A DNA stretch of 64,000 nt from the NCBI GenBank assembly GCA_022823505.1, contig JAJEIA010000034.1:15492-79491 (forward strand). Direction: 5' to 3'. The notes below the pieces were generated by a model. The model saw only the letters and a list, made by a program, of their open reading frames with translations. It was not told the origin of the DNA and did no database searches. The position numbers and the translations under genes were made by a program. Every line of letters starts with the position of its first letter. The stretch's first letter is position 1. Below are positions 27,691 through 37,180 of this stretch, piece after piece. The DNA is from Dehalococcoidia bacterium. GTDB lineage: Bacteria > Chloroflexota > Dehalococcoidia > Lucifugimonadales > UBA3495.

Positions 27691-28509
27691 CTAGTAATAC
27701 ACCGCGTTGCCGGTGCCGCCGCCGGCCGCGATCAGCTCGCCGGTGATCGCCCACGCCTTGTCGGAGGCCAGGAAGGCGGTCAGGTAGCCGATCTCCGAGG
27801 CGTCGACCATGCGGCAGATGTGGTTGCCGCGAGCCGAGCCGGGGGAGAAGTCCTGCGCCTCGGCCTCCTCTGCGGACACGCCCAACTGCTCGGCGCGGGC
27901 CGCCAGCAGGCTCGGTGTGCGCTCGGTGCGCGTCGTACCGGGGTGGATGCAGTTCACGGTGATGCCGAACTGGCCCAACTGCGCGGCCAGGGTCTTGGTC
28001 ATGTGCACCAGCGAGGTGTTGCGCGCGCCGCCGCTGAGGTTGCCGGCGTTGCGGGCGTTGAGTCCGCTGATGTTAATGATGCGGCCGTAGCCCTGCTCCT
28101 TGAGCAGCGGGATAGCGGCCCGGGAGCAGCGCAACGCGCCAACGAATTTCACGTCGAAGTCGCTGATCAGGTCCTCGTCGATGAGGTCCTCGATGGGGCC
28201 GGTGGCCGACGGCGAGCCGCCGGGAAGGGACGCGCTGTTGACCAGGATGTGCAGTCCGCCCAGGGTGTCGGCGGCCTCGTTGATCACGCGGTCAACCTGC
28301 TCGCGGTTGGTGGCGTCGAAGGACATGGGGATGGCGCGGCGGCCGGTGGTCTCGGCGATCTCCGCGGCGGTTGCCTCGAGGTCGGGCATGGAGCGCGAGC
28401 CGACCACCACGTCGGCACCCTCGCGGGCCAGTTCCAACGCAATTGCCTTGCCGATGCCGCGGCTGGCGCCGCCCACAAATGCCAGTTTGCCTTCAAGTCC
28501 AAAGTCCAT
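27691..28509 (-). CDS. Short-chain dehydrogenase/reductase (SDR)
   Basis: LAFVGGASRGIGKAIA is the TGxxxGxG-type NAD(P) motif; 272 aa with a classical SDR layout. Confidence 0.9.
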   Translation of the reverse strand: MDFGLEGKLAFVGGASRGIGKAIALELAREGADVVVGSRSMPDLEATAAEIAETTGRRAIPMSFDATNREQVDRVINEAADTLGGLHILVNSASLPGGSPSATGPIEDLIDEDLISDFDVKFVGALRCSRAAIPLLKEQGYGRIINISGLNARNAGNLSGGARNTSLVHMTKTLAAQLGQFGITVNCIHPGTTRTERTPSLLAARAEQLGVSAEEAEAQDFSPGSARGNHICRMVDASEIGYLTAFLASDKAWAITGELIAAGGGTGNAVYY

Positions 28510-28654
28510 GGGGAATAGCCTCCGTTGGGATGCGAACGCGCCGGAAGGGGCGGGTTCGCTGGGATGGGGGGATTATACAGCCGCCGTGCGGGCACGCGAT
28601 CAGGAATTCGGGCTGGCAAAGTGGATGATATGATGGTTTCAGAGGATTTAAACC

Positions 28655-29008
28655 ATGGGTACTTTCCGTATTGAAATCAGCGTAGCCGGATTGGATGGCG
28701 ATAATCCGGCGACAGTAACGGCTTTGGTCGACACTGGGGCCACTCATTCCATGATGCCGGCATCGTTGCTGCACAGACTGGGCATCACACCTACCCGGCA
28801 GCGTACCTTCACTATGGCTGACGGCAGGACTGAGACGTACGATATAGGCGCGGCCATGATTTCGGTCGGCGCTGAAGTCATGCCGTGCCCGGTCATTTTC
28901 GGCAGGGAAGGGCGTTATCTGCTGGGGGCCACGACATTGGAGAACTTCGACCTGGCCGTCGACCCGGTGAACCAGAAGCTGACGCCGGTGGCAGAGCTTA
29001 CGATCTGA
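28655..29008 (+). CDS. Retropepsin-like single-lobe aspartic protease (paralogue P2)
   Basis: 117 aa. ...VTALVDTGATHSMMPASLLHRLGI...TMADGRT...LLGATTLENFDLAVDPVNQKL. Confidence 0.75.
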   Translation: MGTFRIEISVAGLDGDNPATVTALVDTGATHSMMPASLLHRLGITPTRQRTFTMADGRTETYDIGAAMISVGAEVMPCPVIFGREGRYLLGATTLENFDLAVDPVNQKLTPVAELTI

Positions 29009-29046
29009 GGCGACCGTAATCGTGCTCTCCTCGGCGAGAACTTACG

Positions 29047-29775
29047 CTACCCTTGCGCCGGGAAACGAGGTAACGGACCAAGATGATCGGGAGCAATCCC
29101 AGCGAGACTGCCAATCATGCGTTCCAATCCCCATGCGGGATCGAGAAAGTGGAGACCATCCACATTGCTGTCAGGGTGCCTGACGCGTAAATCATCGCGA
29201 AGCCCGAGATGGTCCGTCTCTGGAGCTAACACCGATACCAAGTCGTCCCAGGCAAAAGTAAGGGCACCTACCTTCCGCCATTCGCGTTCCCACCAAAATT
29301 CGCTCCTGCTGGATTGCCAAGTCCCCATCACTTCGAAAAATGGTGTGAGCTGAAAAATTTCGTCGTTGTACCGTTGTTCTGCGATAGCCCTGTTCATTAG
29401 AACGTCAACGTGGTTGACCAACCAGTGATGGCCGGGAGTGGCATCGATGTACCAGACGGGGTTAAGTCCTCGCTGTCGTGCCCAGATTTTTGTGAACACC
29501 ACACCATACGGTTCGAGTTGGATCTGGCGGCCTTGAATATCCGTGGCGAACGTCCAGGAATGTTCGAGTGGAGTTTCTGTGAAGCAGACCACTTCTTGGC
29601 CGGGCACTTCCCGATCTTTTGCTTTTCCTAGCTTAGTCACTGCGTTCAAGCGACGTTCGGATAAGATATTCAATAGATTGTCGCGAGCAGACGTGTCCTC
29701 TTGGTTTCGAGTAAAGTGAACCAAGAAAGTGGACAGATCAAGCCTGCGGTTAAGCAGGGATTCGATGGTCGTCAT
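29047..29775 (-). CDS. AbiGi-like (abortive-infection-associated family) protein, orphan
   Basis: FLVHFT...LLNILSE...VVCFTETPLEH...EPYGVVFTKIWARQRGLNPVWY...EREWR matches my recollection of the AbiGi-family pattern (HFT ... vCF.d.PL ... YG.ygi.f.K.W....GlnPV.Y ... EREWR). GC is clearly lower than in the flanks. The start is taken at the internal ATG 29775. Confidence 0.5.
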   Translation of the reverse strand: MTTIESLLNRRLDLSTFLVHFTRNQEDTSARDNLLNILSERRLNAVTKLGKAKDREVPGQEVVCFTETPLEHSWTFATDIQGRQIQLEPYGVVFTKIWARQRGLNPVWYIDATPGHHWLVNHVDVLMNRAIAEQRYNDEIFQLTPFFEVMGTWQSSRSEFWWEREWRKVGALTFAWDDLVSVLAPETDHLGLRDDLRVRHPDSNVDGLHFLDPAWGLERMIGSLAGIAPDHLGPLPRFPAQG

Positions 29776-29839
29776 GCAACCCCCGTTGCACAGAAGTGGT
29801 AAAGTCGGCTTTGAAAATTTCTTTTCTACTTTACTGGCA

Positions 29840-31063
29840 CTAAACCGCACCGGCCCTCGCCAGCGCCGCCAAATCCTGCGCCGCGCAGCCCAGCAGCCCG
29901 CAGTACACCTCCACGTTGTGCTCGCCCAATAGCGGCGCGCGCGTTAGCCGGGTGGGGGTTTCGCTGAGCTGGAAGGGGGCGCCGGTGTATTCCAGGGGGC
30001 CGGTGGCAGGGTGGTCCACCTCGGAGTAGAAGGCGCGCTCGCGTTGCTGGGGGCTTTGGAACACCTCTGACGGCGTGTAGTAGGGCGCGATGGGGACGCC
30101 GTGAGCCTGGCCCTCGGCATAGAGCCACTCGCGAGTGTGCTGGGAGAACCACTCCCGCATGTGCCGGTTCAGTTCGGGGCCGTGAGTGGCCGGGTCGCTG
30201 AACATCTCGGATGATGCCCAGTCGGGGTTGCCCATGAAGGCCAGCAGACCCTCGAACTGGCGCGGCTCCAGGGTCAGCAGCTCCACGTAGCCGTCGGACG
30301 CCGGCAACACGCCGCCGACGCGGAAGTACCGGGAGAAGCGGGTCTCGGTGATGCCTTCCGACTCGTGCCGCTGGATGGGCATGTAGCCGACCGATAGCTG
30401 GGCCTCCTGGGTCGAGGCGTCCACCACCTGGCCTCGTTGGCCGCCGTCGGCTCCCAGGCGGTTGTACACGGCGGCCAGCGCGCCGACGGCAGCGGTCAGG
30501 CCGGCCTGGTAGTCGCCCATGTTGGCGCCGGCGACGATGGGCGGCCGGTCGGGGAAGGTGTCCAACGCGACGCCGTTGGGCAGCAGCCAACCCTCTCCGC
30601 CGGCGTGGAACACCGCCAAGTGTCCGGCGTGATAATCGGCGTAGGGGCCGGCGCTGCCGAAGGGCGTGACGGCGCTGACGATGACGTCTGGATTGGCGGC
30701 GAGAAGGGAGTCAGAGTCGAGGCCGACAGAGGCGGCGTTGGCCGGAGTGTAGTCATGCACCACCATGTCCACGCTGGCTACCAGTTGGCGCAGCAGGTGC
30801 CGGCCGGCTGGGTTTTCAAGGTCCAGCGTGATGCTCAGCTTCCCTGTATTCAGGTACAGGAACAGACCGCTGCGCTCCGGATGGGGCTGGTCATCCGGGA
30901 ATGGGCCGCGACGGCGCCCAGGATCGCCAACACCCGGCGGCTCCGCCTTGATGACGTTCGCGCCCAGCGATGCAAGCAGCTTGCCGCAGTAGGGGCCGGG
31001 GATGAGGGAGGCGATCTCCAGGACCCGGAGGTTGGGCAGGGTGGTGGGAAGATTCGAACTCAT
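29840..31063 (-). CDS. Family III CoA-transferase (CaiB/BaiF-like), copy 2
   Basis: MSSNLPTTLPNLRVLEIASLIPGPYCGKLLASLGANVIKAE.... An alternative GTG start at 31105 would overlap the upstream protease stop (GTGA). Confidence 0.9.
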   Translation of the reverse strand: MSSNLPTTLPNLRVLEIASLIPGPYCGKLLASLGANVIKAEPPGVGDPGRRRGPFPDDQPHPERSGLFLYLNTGKLSITLDLENPAGRHLLRQLVASVDMVVHDYTPANAASVGLDSDSLLAANPDVIVSAVTPFGSAGPYADYHAGHLAVFHAGGEGWLLPNGVALDTFPDRPPIVAGANMGDYQAGLTAAVGALAAVYNRLGADGGQRGQVVDASTQEAQLSVGYMPIQRHESEGITETRFSRYFRVGGVLPASDGYVELLTLEPRQFEGLLAFMGNPDWASSEMFSDPATHGPELNRHMREWFSQHTREWLYAEGQAHGVPIAPYYTPSEVFQSPQQRERAFYSEVDHPATGPLEYTGAPFQLSETPTRLTRAPLLGEHNVEVYCGLLGCAAQDLAALARAGAV

Positions 31064-31101
31064 GCAGCCCTCATGCGGTGAAAGGTTGGTCCCGTCTGCG
31101 G

Positions 31102-31506
31102 TCACAGCAGGAATGGCGGGCCGATCTCGTCACGCGGCCGCTGTTCCATTCGCTCGTTTACCAGATCGACGTTGAACCCCAGATCCTGCAACAACCGGTA
31201 GCCCACCAGCGGCACCGCAGCCGGCACGGCGCCATTCACGAAGCCGGTTCCTTCCAGCATACCGACTGCTATGTATATGGGAGTTTGCCTGATGGTCCCG
31301 TCGGCGGTCATTAACTCAGCCGCCGCGTTGGGCACCGTGTCCAAACCCAGCGCATCGATGTCGGCTTGGGGAATGCCCAGCCAGGTAGCGCCCGTGTCGA
31401 CCAGAAAGTCGTACTCGCGCGTCTCGGTCTTGCCGGTGATACTTCCCTTGGCGTAAGTGATTCCCACTTTGTACCTTCTGCCGCCATTCAATCTGTCGTC
31501 TTTCAA
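31102..31506 (-). CDS. Retropepsin-like single-lobe aspartic protease (paralogue P3)
   Basis: 134 aa. ...EYDFLVDTGATWLGIPQADIDALGL...MTADGT...LVGYRLLQDLGFNVDLVNERM. Confidence 0.7.
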   Translation of the reverse strand: MKDDRLNGGRRYKVGITYAKGSITGKTETREYDFLVDTGATWLGIPQADIDALGLDTVPNAAAELMTADGTIRQTPIYIAVGMLEGTGFVNGAVPAAVPLVGYRLLQDLGFNVDLVNERMEQRPRDEIGPPFLL

Positions 31507-31619
31507 TTGATGCGTGCCGTATCGCCATTCAGGCGTCGGGTTTTCCGATTATAAGTTCACGCGACCCTCGATCCAACATGCGACATTTGCAAACGCCTGG
31601 ATCTGGGGGCGCAGACGGC

Positions 31620-32627
31620 TCACGAATCGTTGCTGCCCAGGAACCAGCCCGAGGTGGGCACCGGCCCGTCGCCCCGGTAGATGCTCTGGGCGTAGGCCGT
31701 CAGCGCGGCGCCGGAGACCAGCGTCAGGGCGGAGACGAACAGCCAGATCAGGATGATCAGCATCGATGCCAGCGGGCCGTAGAACAACCGCTGGGGCGCG
31801 ATGTAGGAGAAGAACAGCGCGAACACGTAAGAGGCCGCTTCGAAGATGATGCTGGCGCTGACCGCGCCCAGGATGGCCCAACGCCAGTGCACCGTCCGTT
31901 CCGGCACGTAGCGGTAGACGAGCAGGAACACCGCCACCGAAAGGAGCCAGGCCAGCAGGCTCGGCCACCAGCGCTGAGCCTCCACCGCGTTGGCCAGACC
32001 GCCCAGTTGGATCGCCCGCAGCGCGTCGACTGCGAGATCAGGAACGGTGACGTAGGTGAGCACGGAGGAAATCAACAGCCCGATGGCCATGGCGCTGAGG
32101 AACAGGTACGCGCGGGTCTTGCCAACGACGCCCACTTGGGCCGGCTCGATCCCCCAAGCTCGGTTGACCACGAGCCCAACCGCTCCGAACAGCTTGAAGC
32201 TGCCCCATAACAGGCCAAGCAGGGCCACCAGTCCGGTGGCGCCCGCAACAGCCGGCGGTTGTGATGGCCACAGGGTCGAAACATCGACATTCGGGGGAAG
32301 CACGCCGGAGGAAATTGAGGCGAACCAGGTGCGCGCGCCGGCGTCACCCAACAACAGGGGAAGGATCTGCAGGACGACCACCGAGAACGGCAGCAGGGAA
32401 ACCATCCCGTAGTAGGCGACGCCAGCCATGAGTTGCTGGTTGTCGTTACGCGTCACCGCCGATACGGTCGCCAGCACCAGCCGCACCGAGCTCCGGCGCT
32501 GCGCCAACCGCTGGATACCACGACGCAGATGCAGCGCCTGCAGCACCGGCCGGATCCGCAACAAGCGCCGGTTGCGGGTCGCCCAGTCGGCCGCCTGGTG
32601 CAGTTTCGCTTCAAAGGACGCCATCAA
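31620..32627 (-). CDS. YihY/BrkB-family (formerly ribonuclease BN-like) membrane protein
   Basis: 335 aa and polytopic. ...AGVAYYGMVSLLPFSVV... and a C-terminal ...ALTLVSGAALTA are typical YihY features. Confidence 0.75.
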   Translation of the reverse strand: MMASFEAKLHQAADWATRNRRLLRIRPVLQALHLRRGIQRLAQRRSSVRLVLATVSAVTRNDNQQLMAGVAYYGMVSLLPFSVVVLQILPLLLGDAGARTWFASISSGVLPPNVDVSTLWPSQPPAVAGATGLVALLGLLWGSFKLFGAVGLVVNRAWGIEPAQVGVVGKTRAYLFLSAMAIGLLISSVLTYVTVPDLAVDALRAIQLGGLANAVEAQRWWPSLLAWLLSVAVFLLVYRYVPERTVHWRWAILGAVSASIIFEAASYVFALFFSYIAPQRLFYGPLASMLIILIWLFVSALTLVSGAALTAYAQSIYRGDGPVPTSGWFLGSNDS

Positions 32628-32630
32628 ACG

Positions 32631-33191
32631 TCAGCCAGCCAAATCTGCGCGGTTCGACGGTCTCCGACCGAACAGCCCGTGCGTGGGCAACCTGAACCAC
32701 ATTCCGCCGATGACGGCGGACGCCGGCACCGGCCCGAATCGCCGGCTGTCCATGCTATCCGCGCGGTTGTCCCCCAGGAGGAAATACTCGTCGTCATCGC
32801 ACAGCCACGACAGGTCGGGCCCCGGCGCGGCGCGCGCTGCCGGCGCCAGGTAGGGCTCGGCCAGCGTTGCTCCCTCGATCCAAACGGCGCCATCGCCACT
32901 GACTCGGACCAACTCTCCTGGCAGACCGATCACTCTTTTGATGCTGGTAGCCAGAGCGCTTTCTCCTTCCAACAAACTGATCTCCGCCACCACCACCGAT
33001 CCGCGCCGGTAACTTCTGCCCTCCGCCGACGCCGGGCGAACGCATACCAAATCGCCGTCGCGCAACATGGGGCACATGCTGTCGCCCCGAACCAGGAACA
33101 GCGAGCGGAACAATACCCGAACTACGCTGACGGCCGCGTTACGGATGCAGGCAATTGCCGCGCTGACGCCACGGAAGTCATTCCGGGCCAC
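32631..33191 (-). CDS. lepB: Signal peptidase I (copy 2)
   Basis: GDSMCPMLRDGDLV, IKRVIGLPGE and GDNRADSMDSRRFGPV. Confidence 0.85.
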   Translation of the reverse strand: MARNDFRGVSAAIACIRNAAVSVVRVLFRSLFLVRGDSMCPMLRDGDLVCVRPASAEGRSYRRGSVVVAEISLLEGESALATSIKRVIGLPGELVRVSGDGAVWIEGATLAEPYLAPAARAAPGPDLSWLCDDDEYFLLGDNRADSMDSRRFGPVPASAVIGGMWFRLPTHGLFGRRPSNRADLAG

Positions 33192-33193
33192 AC

Positions 33194-34030
33194 TTACTCG
33201 GCGCGGGGTTCCCAGAAGGGATAAGACCCCAATATTTTCAGCATGTCAGTACGCCGACGCAGCCCTTCCAACGCGGCGGCAACTTCGGGCTGGTGCCGGT
33301 GGCCCTCGCAGTCGATCAGGAAGATATACCTGCCCAGCTCCTGCTTGGTGGGCCGACTTTCGATCTTGACCAGGTTTATGTTCCGGCTGGCGAACTCGCC
33401 GATGGTGTTGTAGAGGTTCCCGGGACGGTCCACCGTGAACGAGAAGCAGATCGAGGTGCGGTCGTGGCCGGTTGGCGCGTGGTCGGCGTGGGCGAGCACG
33501 ACGAACCGGGTCTGGTTCGCCGTGTTGTCCTCTATGCCTTGATCCAGGATTTGCACGTCGTAAATTTCGGTGGCCCGCTGCGGGCAGATGGCCGCTGCCG
33601 GAACCCTGCTGTTCTGCATGTCAGCAACCGCGGCGGCCGTGCTCAGCGAAGCTTCCCGGGGGACTTCGGGGAACCGCGACCCCAGGTAGTTCCTGCACTG
33701 GGCCAACGCCTGCGGGTGTGAGTAGATGACCTCCACCGATCGCGCTTCCACCCCCGGCGCGGATACCAGGTAGTGGGTGATGGGAATCACCACCTCGTTG
33801 CGTATCGACAGCCCTGACTGGGCGATGAGCAGGTCCAGCGTAAAGGTAACCGAACCCTCGAGGCTGTTTTCGATGGGCACCACGCCCACGTCCACCACGT
33901 TTTCCGATACGGCGGAACCCACCGCAGTGATGGTCGGATATGGCGTCATCACGGCGTCGGGCGCGTACAGGAGGGCGGCCTGCTCCGTGAATGTGCCGGC
34001 CGGTCCCAGGTATCCGATTCGGTCGCTCAT
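33194..34030 (-). CDS. pheA: Prephenate dehydratase
   Basis: IGYLGPAGTFTEQAA...TRFVVL...ESRPTK plus an ACT-domain tail. Confidence 0.9.
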   Translation of the reverse strand: MSDRIGYLGPAGTFTEQAALLYAPDAVMTPYPTITAVGSAVSENVVDVGVVPIENSLEGSVTFTLDLLIAQSGLSIRNEVVIPITHYLVSAPGVEARSVEVIYSHPQALAQCRNYLGSRFPEVPREASLSTAAAVADMQNSRVPAAAICPQRATEIYDVQILDQGIEDNTANQTRFVVLAHADHAPTGHDRTSICFSFTVDRPGNLYNTIGEFASRNINLVKIESRPTKQELGRYIFLIDCEGHRHQPEVAAALEGLRRRTDMLKILGSYPFWEPRAE

Positions 34031-34063
34031 AGGATTACCCCGCCATCCGGGACGAGCCCGCGG

Positions 34064-34723
34064 TCACCGGGCAAACGCTCGCTCGACATCTTCGTGGCTG
34101 CCGACGACCACCAGGATGTCACCATCATCGATCATTTCCTCTTCGGCCGGATTGATAATATATTCGTTGCCCCGCCGTATGACCATCACGGCGACGTGAT
34201 GCCGCGTTGATTCGGAGACGAGGCCAGCGTCCCGCAGGGACAGGCCGCGCATTTTTTCGGGCGGCCGCAACTTGTGCACCCCGGTGTCGTCGGTGATGTG
34301 CATGAACTCGACGTAATTGGGGCTCAGGTCCAGGCTGGCCGCGCGCTCGGCGGCCTCTTCCTCGGGAAAGATCACCTTGTCCGCGCCGACGCGATGCAGG
34401 ATCTCCGCGTGCTGGGTGTCCGTGGCCCGCGCGATGACGTAGGGCAACCCCATGGATTTGAGCATCATCGTGGTGATGATGCTGGACTGGATCTGGCTGC
34501 CCAGGGCCACGACGGCCACGTCCATGTCTCCGACGCCGAGGTCGCGCAGAGCGGTCTCGTTGGTTGCGTTGGCCTCTACGGCGTAGGTGACGCGGCCGAG
34601 CATTTCCTGCACGCGCTGCTCATCCTGATCGATAGCCAGCACCTCGTGTTCCCGTTGGAACAACGTGCTGGCCAGCTTCGCTCCGAACCGGCCCAAACCG
34701 ATCACGCATACTTGCTTTGCCAT
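34064..34723 (-). CDS. trkA: Trk/Ktr potassium uptake NAD-binding subunit
   Basis: VCVIGLGRFGAKLA Rossmann motif and a C-terminal RCK_C region; lies adjacent to trkH. Confidence 0.9.
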   Translation of the reverse strand: MAKQVCVIGLGRFGAKLASTLFQREHEVLAIDQDEQRVQEMLGRVTYAVEANATNETALRDLGVGDMDVAVVALGSQIQSSIITTMMLKSMGLPYVIARATDTQHAEILHRVGADKVIFPEEEAAERAASLDLSPNYVEFMHITDDTGVHKLRPPEKMRGLSLRDAGLVSESTRHHVAVMVIRRGNEYIINPAEEEMIDDGDILVVVGSHEDVERAFAR

Positions 34724-34728
34724 GATGA

Positions 34729-36252
34729 CTAACCAATTCTAACGGGTTCTTCGGGGTAGCGGTAGGTGGCGTCTTCCCGGGGAGTGAGCAGCATGACGAG
34801 GGTCAGAGGACCCACCCGGCCAACCAGCATCGTGATCATGAATATGATCGAACCGGCCAGGCTGAGTTCGCTGGATACTCCGGTGGACATCCCGTTGGTG
34901 CCGAACGCCGAGACCGTCTCGAACATCAACGGCAAAAACGGCAGGTGGGGGTCGGTGTAGGTGAGAATGGGCAAAACGATGGAAAGGAACGTCACCCCGA
35001 GCAACGCCACCAGCAGCGCGCGGGACACCAGAACGGGGGCGATCTCACGACGGAAAATCTCCGTGGTGGGGTGGCGCAGGGCCGAAGACCGGGCGGCGGC
35101 CAGGAGCACCGCCACCGTGTTCACCTTGATCCCGCCGGCCACGGACGCGGTGGACCCGCCGATGAACATCAGGCCGGCGAACACCAGCTGGGTGAAGTCT
35201 CGGGTGGCGCTCCAGTCCAGCGCGGCGAACCCCGCCGTGCGCCCGCTGACCCCGTGAAAAATCGCCGAGCCCACGACACCGTGGCCGGAATGGTCCCACA
35301 GCACGCCGTTCCATTCGGCGAACAGGAACGCCAGCGCGCTGAACCCGTAGAGGAAGGTGGTAAGGATCAGAACCAGCTTGGTGTCAAGACTGAACCGCTG
35401 GAAGTTGAACAGGAAAAGGCCCATCAAACGCCGCCGCGACCGGCTGGGGCTCCAGTTCCGCCGCATGTCCATGATGAAGGGCCAGCCCAGGGCGCCGGCG
35501 ATGATCAACGGGGTTATGACCCACATCAGGTACGGGTGCGCTCCCAGGGTCTCCGCATTGCTGCCGCCTGGAGTGTTGGGCAGGATCGAGAAACCGGCGT
35601 TGTTGAGCGCTGAAACCGAGAGAAACAGCGACTGCCAGACGGCCTCCAGGGTCGTGAAGTCCGCCACCGACCGCATGCGCACAAATATCAAAGCGGCGCC
35701 CGCCAGGTAGCCGATGAAGAACGCAACGACGATGTTGCGCGCCACGCGGGTCAGGTTTCGTGCCGAAACGTCACCGACGGTATCCTGGTACACGTCCTCT
35801 TCGAGCGCCGTTGCCCGCCGGCCGATGAAAGCGATCAACACGGTGGCGGCCGTGATGAACTCCAGTCCTCCCACCAGCATCAGCACGAAGATGACGGCCT
35901 TGCCGAACTGGGACCAGAATTCCGGCGTGTCCACCACGGTGAGGCCGGTGACGGTGGAGGCCGAAATCGCGGTGAAGAATGCCACCCGCAGGCTGGCCGC
36001 GATTCCGTCGGCGGTGGATATGGGCAGCGCCAGCATCGCGCTCCCGACCACGTTCAGCAGGAGGAACGTGAGGAGCAGCAGCAGCGGCGTCGAGGACCAG
36101 CGGCGCGGCGGGGTGCGGTGGCGGCGTATGGGAATGCGAACCGGGTCGACCCGCCGCACGCGCCACGACGTGTTGCCTTCGCCGGACGGGTCGAGCACGG
36201 TCGCCGCTTCCGGCTCGGTGGAGCCGGCGTTACCGTGGGACGGAACGTTCAC
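34729..36252 (-). CDS. trkH: TrkH/KtrB-family potassium transporter membrane subunit
   Basis: 507 aa and polytopic, with repeated selectivity-filter-like segments (SASTVTGLT, NNAGFS, GGSTASVAGGIK, FGTNGMSTG). Confidence 0.9.
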   Translation of the reverse strand: MNVPSHGNAGSTEPEAATVLDPSGEGNTSWRVRRVDPVRIPIRRHRTPPRRWSSTPLLLLLTFLLLNVVGSAMLALPISTADGIAASLRVAFFTAISASTVTGLTVVDTPEFWSQFGKAVIFVLMLVGGLEFITAATVLIAFIGRRATALEEDVYQDTVGDVSARNLTRVARNIVVAFFIGYLAGAALIFVRMRSVADFTTLEAVWQSLFLSVSALNNAGFSILPNTPGGSNAETLGAHPYLMWVITPLIIAGALGWPFIMDMRRNWSPSRSRRRLMGLFLFNFQRFSLDTKLVLILTTFLYGFSALAFLFAEWNGVLWDHSGHGVVGSAIFHGVSGRTAGFAALDWSATRDFTQLVFAGLMFIGGSTASVAGGIKVNTVAVLLAAARSSALRHPTTEIFRREIAPVLVSRALLVALLGVTFLSIVLPILTYTDPHLPFLPLMFETVSAFGTNGMSTGVSSELSLAGSIIFMITMLVGRVGPLTLVMLLTPREDATYRYPEEPVRIG

Positions 36253-36335
36253 TGAGAGGCACCGGACGCTGGTTGGAGCGCAAATTGAGGATGCCGGGTG
36301 CGTTGATGATCAGGGCGCCTTGCGCAGGCAGCGTA

Positions 36336-36363
36336 ATTATGACCGGGCTCTGGGATATGTCAA
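36336..36363 (-). promoter_or_regulatory. Sigma70-like promoter for trkH-trkA
   Basis: On the minus strand: TTGACA (36363-36358), a 16-nt spacer, then CATAAT (36341-36336), about 80 nt upstream of the trkH start. Confidence 0.4.
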
Positions 36364-36570
36364 TCGCAAATGCCAGCTCGCGCACATCCGGTGGCGTCCG
36401 CCGGAGAGCCACACAATCCGGGTTGTTCGCGCAAGCCGGCGATGCGGATTTCCCGGCCGACCATCGCACCCCACGGAGGGGCACGCACCGATAGCAGTTG
36501 CCGGTTTCGAGTCGCGCTCGCCGGTTTGTGTTAACATTCCGGGTGAAACCACGTTACAGAGGGAGGCACC

Positions 36571-36909
36571 ATGGGCTCCATACGACTGTACACTGGCGAC
36601 GACGGCCATTCCCACATTGAAGCGATCGACCCACCGTCCCATCCGGAGTGGAGCCAGTTGCACAATGCCAAGGGGATCATATTCCGCTCCTCGCCTCCGG
36701 GGTACTTCAGCGACTGGCACGTGGCGCCCCGCCGCCAGTACATCATCACCCTTTCCGGAGAAGCGGAAATCGGCCTTGCGGACGGTACCGTCCACCGGCT
36801 GGGCCCCGGCGACGTGAACCTTGCCGAGGACCTCACCGGCCACGGTCACACGACGCGCGTGGTCGGCGACGTTCCCCGGGTAACGGCCACCATTCACCTG
36901 GACGACTGA
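36571..36909 (+). CDS. Small cupin-fold protein
   Basis: 112 aa. ...DWHVAPRRQYIITLSGEAEIGLADGTVHRLGPGDVNLAEDLTGHGHTT is a beta-barrel cupin-like pattern. A GGGAGG RBS lies upstream. Confidence 0.55.
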   Translation: MGSIRLYTGDDGHSHIEAIDPPSHPEWSQLHNAKGIIFRSSPPGYFSDWHVAPRRQYIITLSGEAEIGLADGTVHRLGPGDVNLAEDLTGHGHTTRVVGDVPRVTATIHLDD

Positions 36910-36987
36910 GGGAAGCAAACCCGGCGTGCGCGCGGTCCCGACTGCGGGTGACCACGCGCACGAGCGTACCCGCTTTCGTAAATCGTC

Positions 36988-37092
36988 GGAAGCAGGATTT
37001 TCAAGATTTGCGGATTTGCCAGGATTGCAACCGTTCTCCGGTGGAAACATCCCAATCCTGGCAATTCCTAAAATCCCGTAAATCCCGATTCC
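36988..37092. repeat. Inverted array of GGATTT-type 9-mers (imperfect palindrome of about 105 bp)
   Basis: The left arm, 36988-37027, is four tandem units of about 9 nt (gcaggattt tcaagattt gcggatttg ccaggattg). The right arm, 37053-37092, is the approximate reverse complement (caatcctgg caattccta aaatcccgt aaatcccga). About 31 of 40 positions are complementary, and a 25-bp spacer separates the arms. Confidence 0.4.
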
Positions 37093-37180
37093 GACTTTCG
37101 CAACTGCAGATCAGGTGCGGTCCGTTGCCCGGCCTGGGGCCGCGTCAGCGAACGCCGGGCGGCCCGACCGGTCGGCCTGG

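Noticed and set aside
36253-36570. Possible c-di-AMP (ydaO-type) riboswitch upstream of trkH
   Set aside because: I looked for the conserved ydaO cores on the minus strand and found nothing convincing. A simple TTGACA/CATAAT promoter with a short leader explains the region.
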